A stretch of 64,000 bases of DNA from Amoebidium appalachense (lineage: Eukaryota > Protista > Ichthyosporea), in assembly GCA_963693365.1 (NCBI GenBank), contig CAVNZM010000009.1:1552231-1616230 (forward strand). Direction: 5' to 3'. The notes below the pieces were generated by a model. That model saw only the letters and a program-made list of their open reading frames with translations, had not been told where the DNA came from and did no database searches. Below are positions 13,627-28,200 of the stretch, piece after piece (position 1 is the stretch's first letter; each line of letters opens with the position of its first letter). Position numbers and translations under genes: made by a program.

Positions 13627-14282
13627 GGGGGGGGGGGGGGGGTTCGATTAACTTATGCAGCTTAGAAGAGTCATAGGGGTACCATCAGTGCAGAAGAAAG
13701 AGTTGGCAGCCCCATCTCGGTGCCCGTTGCCATGCCCCCTCCCCCCGTCCGAGAGACCCAAACGAGAGAAGATAAAAGGACCATAAAAACAGAACAAGGG
13801 TTCATATTTGCAGTACAAAGCATACTTGCATGCAGCCCCTAACGAGAGACCCACCACCTGGCTACATCTGTTGGAGTGTTAGAGTGCTGCAACGCCCTAA
13901 TCTCACCTTAAGGGTGATTCTTCTTTTTTTTTGTCCTCCGGTTTCATGCTCTTCCTTCCTCCTCCCTTCAATCCTAGTCTTTTTGTGATTAACCCCCCCC
14001 CCCCCCCCCCCCCTCGTTTTCCACCTAGTGATTTGTGAGCAGACACCCACCTTAAGCGTCGTGCACAGTGCGTCAGCAAACTGGCGGAACATGTGCTCTG
14101 TGATGCCCATGCGCTGATGACTTGCAGCCAATCGCTGCAGCTGGCTGGCCAGTTTGTGCGTTTGGCCCAGCAGGGTGATCATCTGGCTGATGCTGCCGCT
14201 CAGCGCTAGCCGCTGCTTGCGGGCATCACCCTGGGGGGGGGGGGGGGAGTAGTCGGGTCGTTGTTCTTTTTTCCTCTCTTCC

Positions 14283-14320
<38 letters not shown>

Positions 14321-14456
14321 ACTTTTTTTCCCCTTTTTTTGGCGTTTTTGGCGAGGGAGGAGAGGGAGGGGAATGTGCAGAGGAAAGAACCTGGCAAGAG
14401 TGTTAATGCCTTAAAATTTATGTTAAAATGCTTTTAAATTGTTTGTGTGTGTTTGG

Positions 14457-14490
<34 letters not shown>

Positions 14491-14964
14491 ATGAGAGGGG
14501 TTGGAATGATGAGCAGGAGGGGGGGATGGGGGGGGGGAGATCAAAGAGCATAGAGATATAAGGTTGGGAGAGTGTGTGGGGCAGGTGTGCTCGGGGATGT
14601 TAACCAGATGGGTGGGGTGGGGTCATGGGCTGAACAGCGCATACAGGAATGGTCGGAGGAGAAGGGGCCGCGCGCTGCCGGGCGGTGAATACAAAAAGTC
14701 ACGAGGAAAACATTAACACTCAGGGCTGGTGGTGGCAGCGAGGTTTGGTATGTGTGTGCGTTTGGTGTTTGGTGTGGGGTGTGGGAGGGGATGGTGGGGT
14801 GGGGGTGGGGTTGGGGGGGGGGGGGGGGGGGGGGGGGTTGAATGCGTCAAAAAGTACGAAGTACACAAGAACAAACGGATAACACGATGCAGAATGCAAG
14901 CCATACATAAAGAGTATGCATAATAAGCAGAGCCCATCCTCAGGGGGGGCCCACGTCATCCACA

Positions 14965-15004
<40 letters not shown>

Positions 15005-15127
15005 CGGGAGGAGGGGGGAGGGATGGGGTGGAGGTGGGGGCTTTACCTTGAACTTTACGATAGCTTCTGGGCAAACAGCAAAATAGTTTGCATAGAATTT
15101 TGCAGTCAGCGCTTTTTTTTTTTTTTT

Positions 15128-15172
<45 letters not shown>

Positions 15173-15923
15173 ATGTAATGTTAGTGCTATGAGGTATTCA
15201 TCAGATGTATATGATGTTGGACGGTTGGGGGGGGGGGGGGGGGGAGGGGGGAGGGGTTCAAGCTCCAAACAAGTCTCCCCCCCGTCCCCCCCCCCCCACA
15301 CAAACTAACACACATATGCACACTGCACACTGCCCCCCCCCCTCCCCCCAACCCCCCCAACCCCCTTCCCCTCCCCTACCCCCTCCCCCCCCCCCCACAC
15401 ACAAACGCATATGCACACCTTCCTCCCAAAGCTATGCTTGTCACTTTGTAAAGACATAACGGCATGGTCTCTGACAAATTCACGTGGCACCAATCAACCA
15501 ATCAAATGCACCAATCAAATACATTAACCAATCAAATGCATTAACCAATCAGACGGCTCACCTGGATCATTGCGGTTGGCCATATCCCATGTCTGCTTCA
15601 CAGTCGCCTGGGTCTATACCCCAACCCCAGTGACGTCATAATTAGTTTTGAACGTGACTCGTTAGTGGAGAAATAATTTTAAAGCAATGGGTCATGTCTG
15701 GTAACAAAGTTCTGAGGCAGCCTGTATTGGGGCAACCAATCATTGGCTGGTTCAGGTTAAAGCGGCAGCTACCATTGGGTGATTAAATAAGCACAGACAC
15801 AGTGCATAGGCATGCTGGAACACCAGAGAGCTACACTGGTAGTGGTTATTGGGGCGATATGCGCGGCGATGTGGCAAAGGGAAAGGCACGGGAGAAAATA
15901 TGAAAAGTGTGTGTGTGTGTGTT

Positions 15924-15964
<41 letters not shown>

Positions 15965-17934
15965 CAGGGAGGGGTTTGAGAAAGATGGTAAGGCGGTGGA
16001 ATTTCTAATTTGAAAGGGGGTTAGGTGAGTGGGTTGATACGATAGCGTTGAGGGCCAGGGGTGGGGTGGGTGGGTGGGTGGGTGGGTGGGTGGGGGGGGG
16101 GGGGGGGGGGGGAGGCAAGTACGGATGCATAGCTGCGGCGTAGCCACTTGGGCATGTCACCGGGGCGGGGCTTGATGTCATCCATTTGATCCTGCATTAA
16201 GGTGGCCACCTGCCATATCGGGTAGGTGCCTTATTAGGAAAGAGTAGACTGGAACAGGGGCACTGCACGTGTTTCATAATGCAGGTGTGTGGCATCCTTG
16301 CTATGACACACAAATGCATGGGTTCATGCACACACACGTGCGCACACATGCCTAACTCAATAACGATCACACACACACATACACACACACACAAATTAAC
16401 AAGGACTTGTACATACATACACAAGCACGCCCACACACAGCACATTTGCTCACGTTCCTGCCCACTGGCCCAAGGCAAAACGCTAACACATCCGATTGTT
16501 CTCCATGCATTTCCAAGATCCCATATCCCAAATTATTAGCCTGCGCATTATGTAAATATGAAACTTTTTGTCATTAATGCGGTCCCTCTACACCCACCAC
16601 CCACCTTGCTATATGTGTATTGCCAGGCGGTTGCCGCCTCGTTGCTCCACGAATCAGCCAGGCGTTTTCTGTGGAAAGAAATATATTACAATGTGCCACG
16701 CAGCACGAAAAGTACAAGTTAACAAAGAGTGACATGTGGTGGGTGTGCCGAAAGGGGCAAAAGGAAAAAGGAGGAGAAATTCGAACCCAGTATGTATGCA
16801 GCATGTGTATGGCCACCCTCACAGAAGCCTAATCATTTATAGTGACCTGTGTTTCCACCCGTTCATTTCGTGGCTGACCGGTTGGCAGGGTCAATGATGG
16901 AACTTCAAGTAAATCAACAGAATGAAAAAACTTGTGCAGGGCTTACAATTCCCGCAAAAAACAAAGTCTCGTGGGAATTCAAAATAGACCATCATCATCA
17001 TCATGACACAGCGGCTCATACACACGTGCACCTGTGCTGATATGTCATACACACACTCTCTTTTTCACCGGACAGAGGGTGACTAGTGCTTAAAAAACAA
17101 CAAAAAAAAAAAAAGGAATATACCTAACTTGAACACCGTAACCAAATGAACAAAAACTTCCCACCACACACATCCGATGCACAAACATAGACCCATCACG
17201 CATAATCACACACAGAGCTGCACGTTCATGCACCCTTTGAACACGTGCACGCACGCAGTGACATGTCGCGCACACGTGGCATGTACCCCTGCAAATCCAC
17301 CGTGGCAACTAACACGTGCACTCTACACATACACACGTGCACACACACGCCCAACAATTGCACATTCACACGTGCACACCCACAACTTACACGTGAAAGC
17401 TTACACCAAACACGTGCACACACACATCTAACATGTGCGCACCTACAGCTAACACACGTGCACATGCACAGAAATCACGTGCAGATTCACACTAAACACG
17501 TGATCACGTACCCCATAGTGTCGACCAACACCGCCCCAAATCCATCAAACATGTCGTGTGTGATGCCCAGGTTGGCATGGGTCTTAGCCAGGCGTTTAAT
17601 CTGGCCATCTAGTTGGCTGCCTCCGCTCATGTTGGCCAGGAGCTGTGATATCGCACCAATTATCGCCCTAGTTTGCCGCTCTGTACCATTTTTGAACAGG
17701 AGCTTCGTCTGTGATTGGAAACTGTGTCAAAAAACAAGCCCCGATTACGCACTAATCAATGCAGTTTAACCGTACAGAAACACAACAGGAGCTGTTTCTA
17801 CAAACCAACGGTTTTCTTTTCCCATGAAGCAGGTTTACAAATGATGTGTGTGGGTGCGCAGAGTGGGTGTGCGGATGTGTTGTGTGGACGTGGGCGTGTG
17901 GGGGTTGTCGTGCAGGTGTGTCTGCGCAGGTGTG

Positions 17935-17976
<42 letters not shown>

Positions 17977-18631
17977 CAGGTGCTGTGTCCGTGTGTGTGC
18001 GGGACGTGTGCTTGGGTTCTGCGGGCCTTTGGGGAAGGTTGGAGGGAAATGGAGTGGATGTGCAATCAAACCAGATTGAATAACCAAATCAAATACAATT
18101 TATGACAGAAAGGTCCATGGGAGAGGAGAGGCTCTGAGGGGGGAGGAGAACGTGCGTGTGTGTGTTGATGGGTTGGGGGGAGGGGGGAGGGGAGGGGGGG
18201 TTAGAGGGGAGGAGGGGGGAGGGGGGGGGGGGGGGGAGGGGCACGAACTTCGGGCATCATCTGGAAGAGGTTATCGTAGACGGTTTGGATGAACTCTTCG
18301 GGGCGGTCGGCAAGCACACTGGCCCATGTGCTCTCAACTATCTCCTTGTAACGTTGCTGGAGGGAGGGAGAGGGGGGGGGGGGGGGGGGAGAGGGGTGGG
18401 GGGGAGAGAGAGGGAGGGGGGGGGGGGGGGGGGGGGGGGAGGAGAGAGAGAGGTGTGAGCATGCGGAAGAAAACACACACAATGAAAGACATGAATGAGA
18501 AACCTTTGGCAAAGTGTGCATACCGTAGCAGGGCACAATAAAGACAAATAAAAATGACGCCATGGAAAATAGCGCAGAACATGTTGACGAGAAAGAAGAA
18601 GAAAGTGAGGGGCAGGGGAGGAGAAAATAGC

Positions 18632-18662
<31 letters not shown>

Positions 18663-21607
18663 GGGGGGGGGGGGGGGGGGAAGAAAGGGAGCGAGGCAAG
18701 GGGGGGGCTGGTTACATGGAAAATGGATGTGAGGTTGCCATTGCTGACTCCACGGGGGGTCACTGAGGGGGTGCCAATCTGCAAGGGGAAGGGGAGATTA
18801 GGGGGTTGGTGAGGAAAGAGTAAATTTTCATCCCCTGTGTTTGAATGTGCTGTGAATGGGTGGTATATGGGCGCAGAGTGGGTTGAAGGGCATATCATAC
18901 AAATGCTGTGCGGAAGGTATCAGGATTGTTGGAACAGAGGATAGTGGTCATAAGCGTGGTTTCGTGTGTTCAACAGTGAGTTCGGTGCTGGCAAGCGGCT
19001 GATGCTGTGATTTTTTATGAATACCAGGGATGCTTTACCAATAACAAATATTTTTATAGTTTTAATGATCGGCAAGCCGACTTGGTCCCATCGTAGTTCA
19101 AGGCTTGCCGGCATTGTTGCCATGCTGTGAGCAGGATTCCAGTTCCCTTCTTTTACGTCCATTTTTCTATCTCATTTTCCGAGCGGATGATGTTGGAGGA
19201 AGTTAAAAAAAAAGACTCTGAGGGGTAAAAAGGGGGGGGGGGGGGGGGGGGGGTTTGAATGCGTCAAAAAGTACGAAGTACACAAGAACAAACGGATAAC
19301 ACGATGCAGAATGCAAGCCATACATAAAGAGTATGCATAATAAGCAGAGCCCATCCTCAGGGGGGGCCCACGTCATCCACAGTACCCGAGTTTCGACCTA
19401 TTCCCCTCGTTAACGAAACCCAACTCAGATACTGTTTCACTTGAACATGAGTAGGTCACCCGTCTTGATCAGAGACGAGCAGGGTTGCTTATGCAGGCAA
19501 GGGCAGTGGGAAAGGCCGGGGGTTAAAGTTGCAGCAGTAAGCAGAAGCAAGAAAAATATAGATAGGAACTCAGGAGACGGGGCTTCTAGGAAGCTCCCCC
19601 GTCGATACCTAAGTCGGGGGGGGGGGGGGGGGGATACCAACCTCCATACTTCGTACACTACTCCGTTCAGCGGAAGAGTCTCTAATACGTATACTCGGGT
19701 TCCTATTTATAGATGCGGGCCTGGCTTGGCCCTCTGCCATCTTGAGGCGGAGGGACTCGACCTCCCTCGGCAGAGCAACCAACTGCTCACTGGCACCTTG
19801 GCTGGACGCCAATGAGACAGAATCCTGAGATACGGGCCTGGCTTGGCCCTCTGCCATCTTGAGGTGGAGGGACTCGACCTCCCTCTGCAGAGCAACCAAC
19901 TGCACACTGGCACCTTGGCTGGACGCCAACAAGACAGAATCCCTGGGCACACTGGGATTGGCTACCTGCACATGCGTGGGTGGGTGGCCAGGGGGAGGGG
20001 AGGGGGGGGGGGGGGGAGGGGGGTGGGGGCGGGGGGTTGTGTGTGTGCGATTGTGCGAGTGTGAGGGTGACTGAGTGTAAGCCCGGGGAGTGTATTATAA
20101 ATGTGTGTGTATTCATGTGTGTGTGTGTGTGTGTGTGTGTGTGATAATGTGTATATGTGTGGCATGTGTAAGTTTGTGAGTGACTGTGTCCGCACATGAT
20201 TCATGCCGCTACCCTCGACCGTGTGTGATGATGTGTGTGCACCGGGGGGGTGCGCGTGTGTATATGTGTCTGTGGGTGGTGGTTGGGGAGAGGGGGGAGG
20301 GGGGAGAGGGGGGGGGGGGGGGATCGTGAGGAGCTCGGCGCCAGTGGTGTACATGTCATGTGTTTGTTTCATATTGTTTGTGCGCTTGTGTGTGTACACT
20401 ATGTGTGCTGTGCTTGCCACATACCTCCACTTCCACCGTGACTGGCATTTCCTTTTCAGGATAGTCCGAGGAAGCTTCCATCACCGTGCTCAGGGGGGGT
20501 TCCTTTTTAGGAAAGTCCGAGAGGCTCTCCACCACTGTGCTCGGGGTTTCCTTTTTAGGAGGGTCCCCCAGGATATCGGTGTAGACCTCCAAGAGTGCCC
20601 TTACGCCGGCAACGGTCTCCCGCGAAGTCTGGGAGGGAGGATAATGCACGATGAGCATTGGTATGGATGCGACTCATACTGCAATCTACGCTTGCACGCG
20701 TGACTACTCATTAACCCTACAACAGCGCATACTGTGTGCACATGCCAAATAGCAACAGGACTGGTGCTGTTGTGAAGAATGGAGCTGCATCTGCGCGAGT
20801 TTTCTCCTTCCCAGGCTTATGTTCTGAATCAAACAATAACGAGCAATCAGGACAACGAGATCTCAGTGGCACTCCCTATACCTGAATATCCCCTACCCTC
20901 CTTCGAATCTCTCTTTTTGGAAATCTTTTCCCCCTCTCATCCCCCCCCCCCCCTCCCCCTCTCCCCGGCGGCTCTGCTGTTTCTTCCGATTCTCTTGTGG
21001 TGCAGCAACCTAGCCACTTCTTTCCCGTCGGTGCTGGGTGAAAGACGGTGGGCCCCTAGAACTAGGGGCACCTCCGGGAACAAAACGGGATAAAATAAAA
21101 AATGTCCCGTCGAGACGATGTGGTCCAAGTTCTACATACATGCACGAGCTCACGGTTTTAGCTTTTCATCTTCTTTTCTCTCTCATGCTCCCAGAACAAA
21201 AACACAAATCAAACACCTACATTTCTCTGCTGCTGAACTTCCGCCACAAATGCCAGCGGCTTCTTGTCAAGGGACACGTCTTCTAGACGCCGCTGGAAGG
21301 CCAATTCTGTCTGCAGCTGCCTTTGCAGGTCGGCCACCTTTGCCTCCAACTCCGCCTGCCTGTCAACACCCCCCAGCGCGCTTCCGCTGGCTTTCTGCCC
21401 CACAAACGGGCTGGCAGGTGGGGGAACAGCGTGGCCCACAAGGGGTGTGTGTGCTAATTGCGGGGACATGGTGGTGTTCGGGAGGGGCAGGGGCCCGCTA
21501 ATGCTTGCCTTATAATTACTTGGATACACACTGTTTTTTCCAACAAAAGAACCTCTGCCGGAGCTGCTGCTCTTGCGGTTGGGTAGCAGGGCACTGGGTA
21601 ACTTCAT
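13188..21607 (-). CDS. Di-domain globin with long Ser/Pro-rich coiled-coil N-terminus and C-terminal CaaX (CTIS); exons 21607-21221, 20628-20425, 19965-19642, 18778-18716, 18356-18249, 17708-17512, 16668-16605, 16209-16123, 15613-15562, 15111-15047, 14230-14051, 13307-13188 (~616 aa)
   Basis: Globin 1: IVESTW..FIQTVYDNLFQMMPETKLLF..ERQTRAI..LAKTHANLGI..AWQYTY. Globin 2: TVKQTW..FYANYFAVCPEAIVKF..RKQRLAL..LAASHQRMGI..MWVRAL. All introns are GT-AG and phase-compatible. Joining the first three exons to the globin exons is the least certain part. Confidence 0.8.
14838..14964 (-). mobile_element. Poly-C-terminated dispersed repeat (retroposon-like 3' end), copy 1
   Basis: Near-identical to 19254-19381 and flanked by poly-G on both sides. 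Confidence 0.7.
19254..19615 (-). mobile_element. Poly-C-terminated dispersed repeat, longer copy 2
   Basis: Shares its 3' end with 14838-14964, has ORF remnant ..GRNSGTVDDVGPP*, and has poly-G on both flanks. Confidence 0.7.
19715..19945 (-). repeat. In-frame ~117-bp tandem duplication within exon 3 of the globin gene
   Basis: DSVxLASSQGASxQLVALxREVESLxLKMAEGQARP occurs twice. Confidence 0.85.
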
Positions 21608-22653
21608 GGTGAATGGATGTTACGACAATAAAAGTGCACAGAGGATACTATGTATAGCTTCCAAGGTATCCCTACTATACCTTCAAGTTCTGACAGAGGG
21701 TTTTGTGGTGGGGCGTGCCAGGAGCTGTCGCAGTGGTGAAAGTAGACGTCAAGAATGGTTTGAAGTTAGTTTCATCGTTTCATCGGAGCCGTCGCCTGTG
21801 TTGTTTTGCATGCGATGCACTTATGACCGGATCAAAAGCAAAATAGGTGTATGTGTGTAGGCTACCAACCAACCGGATACCGACAGAACAGCATACTGAA
21901 GTGCAGTCATGGCACTTCTCCTCTATATATGCTTCGTAGTAACGTTCCCTACACTTCCCGGAATATCTTTGGCAAGGCATAAAGCTGCCTCTACCTGCAG
22001 GGGCCCATTAAAATATTCAGTAATGATTAGAATGTGCCGGGCATTATTTGTTTGCCCAACCGGAGAGCCAGTCTGCCAGTGGCGTGTTGTTAAGAAACTT
22101 TAGAGTGATGTAATCTGCTCTGCCTTTGCTCGATCTATTCTTGGTTACACATCAGACCAGGCTGCTGGCCCAGCTTGTAATAACACGTGCACAAGAATTC
22201 AGTTCAATGATTATTCACGAATCGTGACCACGAATAGGCCTGGTCATTGTAGAGTCGAGGCCCTCGACTCGAGTAGGCTGTGAACGTGTTCCGAATGTTT
22301 GAGTCAACTGCCAATCGGTTTGTGTAATTTTTCGATTGGATTACAACGACCCAATAGGAAGGAATTCCACACCACACTGCCTGAACTTCCCTATCAAGTG
22401 CTCTAGATCTGCTCTGAGTCAAGATCGAGCTTGGCCGAACTTTTTGGTATGCATTCTACATTCATTTACAGCACACAGAACCCTGAAAGAAAGCTTGGTT
22501 GTTTGAGTTTCCTTTCTTTTAAATTTTGGTTTCTTGCTTTCTGTGTTTTTTGTCTACTACCAATGCTTGGAACGAACTTCAACGAAGGAGATCCCCCCAA
22601 ACTGGGCCACGAGTCCTCAGTCTCAGATCATATTCCAGTTTCGGGGTTTTAGC

Positions 22654-22937
22654 CAGAGGTGTGGTTTTTTTCGGGCCAAGAACAGGCCGGGCCGGGCTTA
22701 AGGTCATACCATATTTGGCAGGTGTTTGCGCAAAATGTTTGCGCAAAATCCCTCCGACCTCCCGCCGGGGTCCATACCCACAACACAATATGTGACGTCA
22801 CTGATGCACTTGGGGCACGGAGAGGGGGAGTGTGTGGCCCGAACTCCTTTGGCCCGGCCCAAACATTTTTCAGGCCGGACCGGGCAGCTCGGCCCGTGCA
22901 TTTTTCGGGCCAGAACAGGCCGGGCAGCACATCTCTA
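22654..22937. mobile_element. Non-autonomous hAT-type MITE
   Basis: 8-bp TSD GTTTTAGC (22646-22653 and 22938-22945), TIRs CAGAGGTGTG...CACATCTCTA, and subterminal GGCCCG/CGGGCC repeats. Confidence 0.8.
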
Positions 22938-24003
22938 GTTTTAGCCAAAGCTAAATATCCGGCTTACAGATACAGGTCCTATAGGACTGCATCTTGTCTT
23001 TCTTACGTATAATAAATGCGATAAATTTACACTTGGTACGGCGAGGCTTCAATTTTCATTCCACACTAAAAATAATAACGGAAATATTTAATGGGGTCTC
23101 AAATTCCAGATAAAAACTACACGACCGACACCGACAGTCGACGTCGACCGCCCACGCCTTCAGTTTGGGGCGCGGAGATCACAAATGTACCAATCACATT
23201 GCGCTTTTGCACATTTCTGGGCTCAGTGATCCGATTGGTTAAGGCCTCCTATTGGCTCATCACCGGATGATGATTGATGATCATGAAGCTGGAGCCCCTG
23301 CCGGCCGGGGGCCGGGCCGCGGGGGCCCCTCAGCCGCCCCTGGCCGTTTGGGGCTCAGCCTCAGAGGCCCTGCCACTCATGATCAGTGCTTGCAACCGTG
23401 ATGTGGGACGACTGTCACACAGAATTTATGCATCTGCACATTCTGCATACGGCCTTGTCGAGTGAATGACACCCACACATCCAATGAATGGCATACATAG
23501 GCCCGGGGAGGGGAGGGGGAGTGACGGCTGCAAAAGCAGCTGCTGCAACAAATAAATATATTAGCACCTTATTAATATTCATATGATGCCGTACATGTAC
23601 GCACAATACTAGTATTAGTGAAGTGCGTACACGTAATACAACAACAACACACCACAACGAACATGTATCCTTCCATGGGTGTGGTTTGCTCTCAACTTAT
23701 CTTCCTCCAGACATAAGTATACACGCATGCACAACATGCCACAATGAAAGAACCTCTCGTGCTTGATGCCATGGCATACATAACTCTGGCGAGTTTCTTC
23801 TACTGTAGTAGTAACAGTTCCAAAAGTATGAAAGAAATATTAGAAAGAAATTTAAAAAAAAGAAGAAAACAAGGTGGCACCATATTCATGATCTCCACGC
23901 ACGATACATAATTTGCAGTCGTTTTCTACATGGGTATATAATAAGATCTTGTTGGGTGGAAGTACTATTGGCCTTGGTGCCCACACATCATCTCAGTTCA
24001 TGA

Positions 24004-24530
<527 letters not shown>

Positions 24531-25286
24531 TCTTTCTAACTCGCGTATGAGCCACTTATGTGATTCCGGACCCCGAACAAGCCACCAAATTGTCTCTCCT
24601 ACAGGCAGAAATACTTTAAGCCTATTACCCTATTATTACCGTGATACAGGCTCTGGCTATTATTACCAAGCGCAGCTTGAAATGATTTGAAAACACCCCC
24701 GGGCCATTTAATTTATCAGAGTATGTAATAGTGTTATTATGAAAACAAAGCGATGACTATGTCGAACAGGCCGGCAATAAAGCAAAGTGTGTTAACAGTA
24801 TTTGGTAATATTTGGTTGTTTTTGTTTTGATGCGTCTACTATGTATACCATATAAAAAAAACAAGCCTTACGTTGTAACATTTCCAAGTAGCGCTGTAGA
24901 TTCAATACGGTAAATTAAGTAGTACCATGCACAACCGTGACTTGCCGCACAAACGGTTTGCTACCAAATGAGCAAAATGACCCATTCTCCCCCTCCCCCC
25001 CCCCCCCCCCCCAGTCCCCGGGTCCCCCTCCCCCCCCCCCCCCTCCCCCCCCTCCCCCAACAGCCCCTCAGTGAGTATTGAATAGCTTAGCAGATTGCAC
25101 CTTTAGCACACTTCGGGTACAATCGGTGCCGCAGTGTGTGGACGATAGTAGTTCCTATGAGAACCCCCCTGGGGTTCCTCCAGGAAATAAACGGGATAAA
25201 ATTTTGGGAAAAAAAACCAGTGAAAAGTAAGGGCAAGGCAAAAAAAGTCACAGTGGTATGAAAGGTAGCATATTATTGCTCAGACT

Positions 25287-28200
25287 GTTTACCAGCCCCC
25301 ACCCATCCAGCAGCACCGGCCCCCACCAATCCAGCAGCACCGGCCCCCACCCACCCAACAGCACCGGCCTCCATCCTGCCAGCACAAACCACCACCCTGC
25401 CAGCACCAACCCCCACCCTGCCAGTAACATAAGCCCCCACCCAGCCAGCAGCACCGGCCCCCACCCACCCAGCAGCACCAGCCCCCACCCACCCAGCAGC
25501 ACCAGCCAACACCCTGCCAGCACCAGTGCCCACCCTGCCAGCAGCACCGGCCCCCACCCATCCAGCAGCACCGGCCCCCACCCACCCAATAGCACCGGCC
25601 TCCACCCACCCAGCAGCACCACCCCCCGCCCTGCCAGCAGCACCGGCCACCACCCCGCCAGCACCAACCCCCACCCTGCCAGCAACATCAGCCCCCACCC
25701 AGCCAGCAGCACCGGCCACCACCCCGCCAGCACCAGCCCCCACCCAGCCAGCAGCACCGGCCACCACCCCGCCAGCACCAGCCCCCACCCAGCCAGCAGC
25801 ACCGGCCCCCACCCAGCAAGCAGCACCAGCCCCCACCCAGCCGGCAGCACCTTCCACCACCCTGCTAGCACCAGCCCCCACCCTGCCAGTAACATCAGCC
25901 CCCACCCCGCCAGCAGCACCGGCCACCATCCCGCCAGCACCAGCCCTCACCCAGTCAGCAGCACCGGCCACCACCCAGCCAGCAGCACCAGCCCCCGCCC
26001 AGCCAGCAGAACCAGCTAACACCCTGCCAGCGCCAGCCAACACCCTGCCAGCAGCACCGACCCCCACCCACCCAGCAGCACCGGCCCCCACCCACCCAGC
26101 AGCACCGGCCTCCACCCAGCCAGCAGCACCACCCCCCACCCAGCCAGCAGCACCAGCCCTCACCCAGCCAGCACCGGCAGCCACCCTGCCAGCAGCACCG
26201 CCCCCACCGACCCAACTGCACCGGCCTCCACCCAGCCAGCAGCACCACCCCCCACCCAGCCAGCAGCACCGGCCACCACCCTGCCAGCACCAACCCCTAC
26301 CCTCAGGCTGCCAATAACATCAGCCCCCGCCCAGCCAGCAGCACCGGCCACCACCCCGCCAGCACCAGCCCCCACCCAGCCAGCAGCACCAGCCAACACC
26401 CAGCAAGCAGCACCAGCCCCCACCCAGCCAGCAGCACCGGCCACCACCCTCCCAGCACCAGCCCCCACCCTCAGCTGCTGTAACATCAGCCCCCACCCAC
26501 TGGCAGCCAGCAGCACCGGCCTCCACCCAGCCAGCAACACCCATGGCCAGCCAGCCAGCAACACCGGCCTCCACCCAGCCAGCAACACCAGCCCCCACCC
26601 AGCCAGCAGCACCAGCCCCCACCCAACCAGCAGCACCGGCCCCCACCCAGCCAGCATTACCAGCCAACACCCCACCAGCAGCACCAATTCTCATCCACCA
26701 TTAGCAGCGCCCATCCACCCAATTACAGCCCCCGGCCAACCAGCAGCAGTCCTGCAACCACAATGTCATCCAAACCACCAACCACCAGCAGCATGCCCCC
26801 TCCCGTCGATGCCTCCCCCGACCACCAACACCCACCACAACACAGCCCGATACACCCACCCACCCTAGTACACAGTGAGATTCGTGACCCCAACCGACCT
26901 AGTAGACTCCAGCACGGCCACCACATGGGTCATGGCTATGGCACAATGGCCGCCCACCAGCCCCATCACCATCTACACGGACGGCAGCCGCATTTCTACA
27001 GGGCCACAACCAACAGCCGGGCAGGAGCAGTGCTAGACACCCCGAACATAACCACCGTCATCACCGCATCAACCCGACCATGCACGGCAGAGTCCTCGAC
27101 AAGTGCAGAGGTGACCGGCATCCTCCTGGGGCTCAACCTCACCCCCCCCGGCCGACAGCTGACCATCAAGCTGGACAGCCAGGCAGCCATTACGGAGTGG
27201 CGCCGCTTCAACAACCCCCACCTACCCCTACGCCGACGGCTACGAGTCCCCAACTTCAACGAATGGAGCCACATAGCCTACCTCGTCCAGACAAGACAGG
27301 GCACCTTCACCTTGGAGTGGGTGAGAGGCCACCAGACCGGCACCACCCGAGAGGCAACCTGGAACAACCAGGCAGACGTCGCAGCCAAGGCCGGCACCAG
27401 CCTCCCTTACCCCAACCCCCTCCCCCGGGCCCCCACCACCCCCCAGCACCTACCCACCATCCAACACCACTTCGTCCCAGGCAGCCTACCCACCACCCTC
27501 CGGCAACTAGGCCACAACTACATTACCACATGGGCCAGCCAGCTCCCTTCCCTCCGGATCATCACCGACCCCAGGATCACCACCAAGGAGAGACGAAATC
27601 TATCACTGGCCACCAATCGAATGCACTGCAATCCAGCCCAAGAGCACCACACGGCTCGCCGTTTCAAGATGGCCATAGGCCACCTACCAACAATGCACCG
27701 ACTGCACCGAGACCACCCTGCAAGCAGTACCCGTCCTCGGCGTGCCCCCGGTGCAAAGCAACGACCGAAACCCAACTCCACCTCTGGACGTGCCCCCTCA
27801 ATAACCCTGTGACCCCCACAATGCAGACCCTATTGGAGGACACCATCCACAAGACGGTGACGACATTGCACCACCCGACAGGGAACAGTTAGGGACAGGA
27901 CGACCCCTGGGCCATCACCCACCAGATCGTAGCCAACCTACCGTGGCGGCACCTCATCAGCCCCACCGGCCTCCCAGCAGCACCCCCCTCAACACAAGAA
28001 GAGGGCTCTGCCCCAGGGACATCACCTTGGGCTACCCCCAGTCCTCGACAGGCACCCCCGAGTCCGAGACACCCTACTGGCTAATCTGTCCCAGTGTGTA
28101 TCCGAATTTTTCGTTGAATATATCTGGAAACCTAGATGTAGGACACTACACCCAAACCCCACAACCAAACCCAAACATAAAACCCACAAAAACACACAAG

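Noticed and set aside
18920-19162. ORF MDVKEG as the globin first exon
   Set aside because: Weak donor; the upstream three-exon model splices in phase to 18778 without it. It remains an alternative.
25248-26694. Collagen- or mucin-like ORFs, or a CRISPR-like array
   Set aside because: A minisatellite with no unique spacers, open in many frames.
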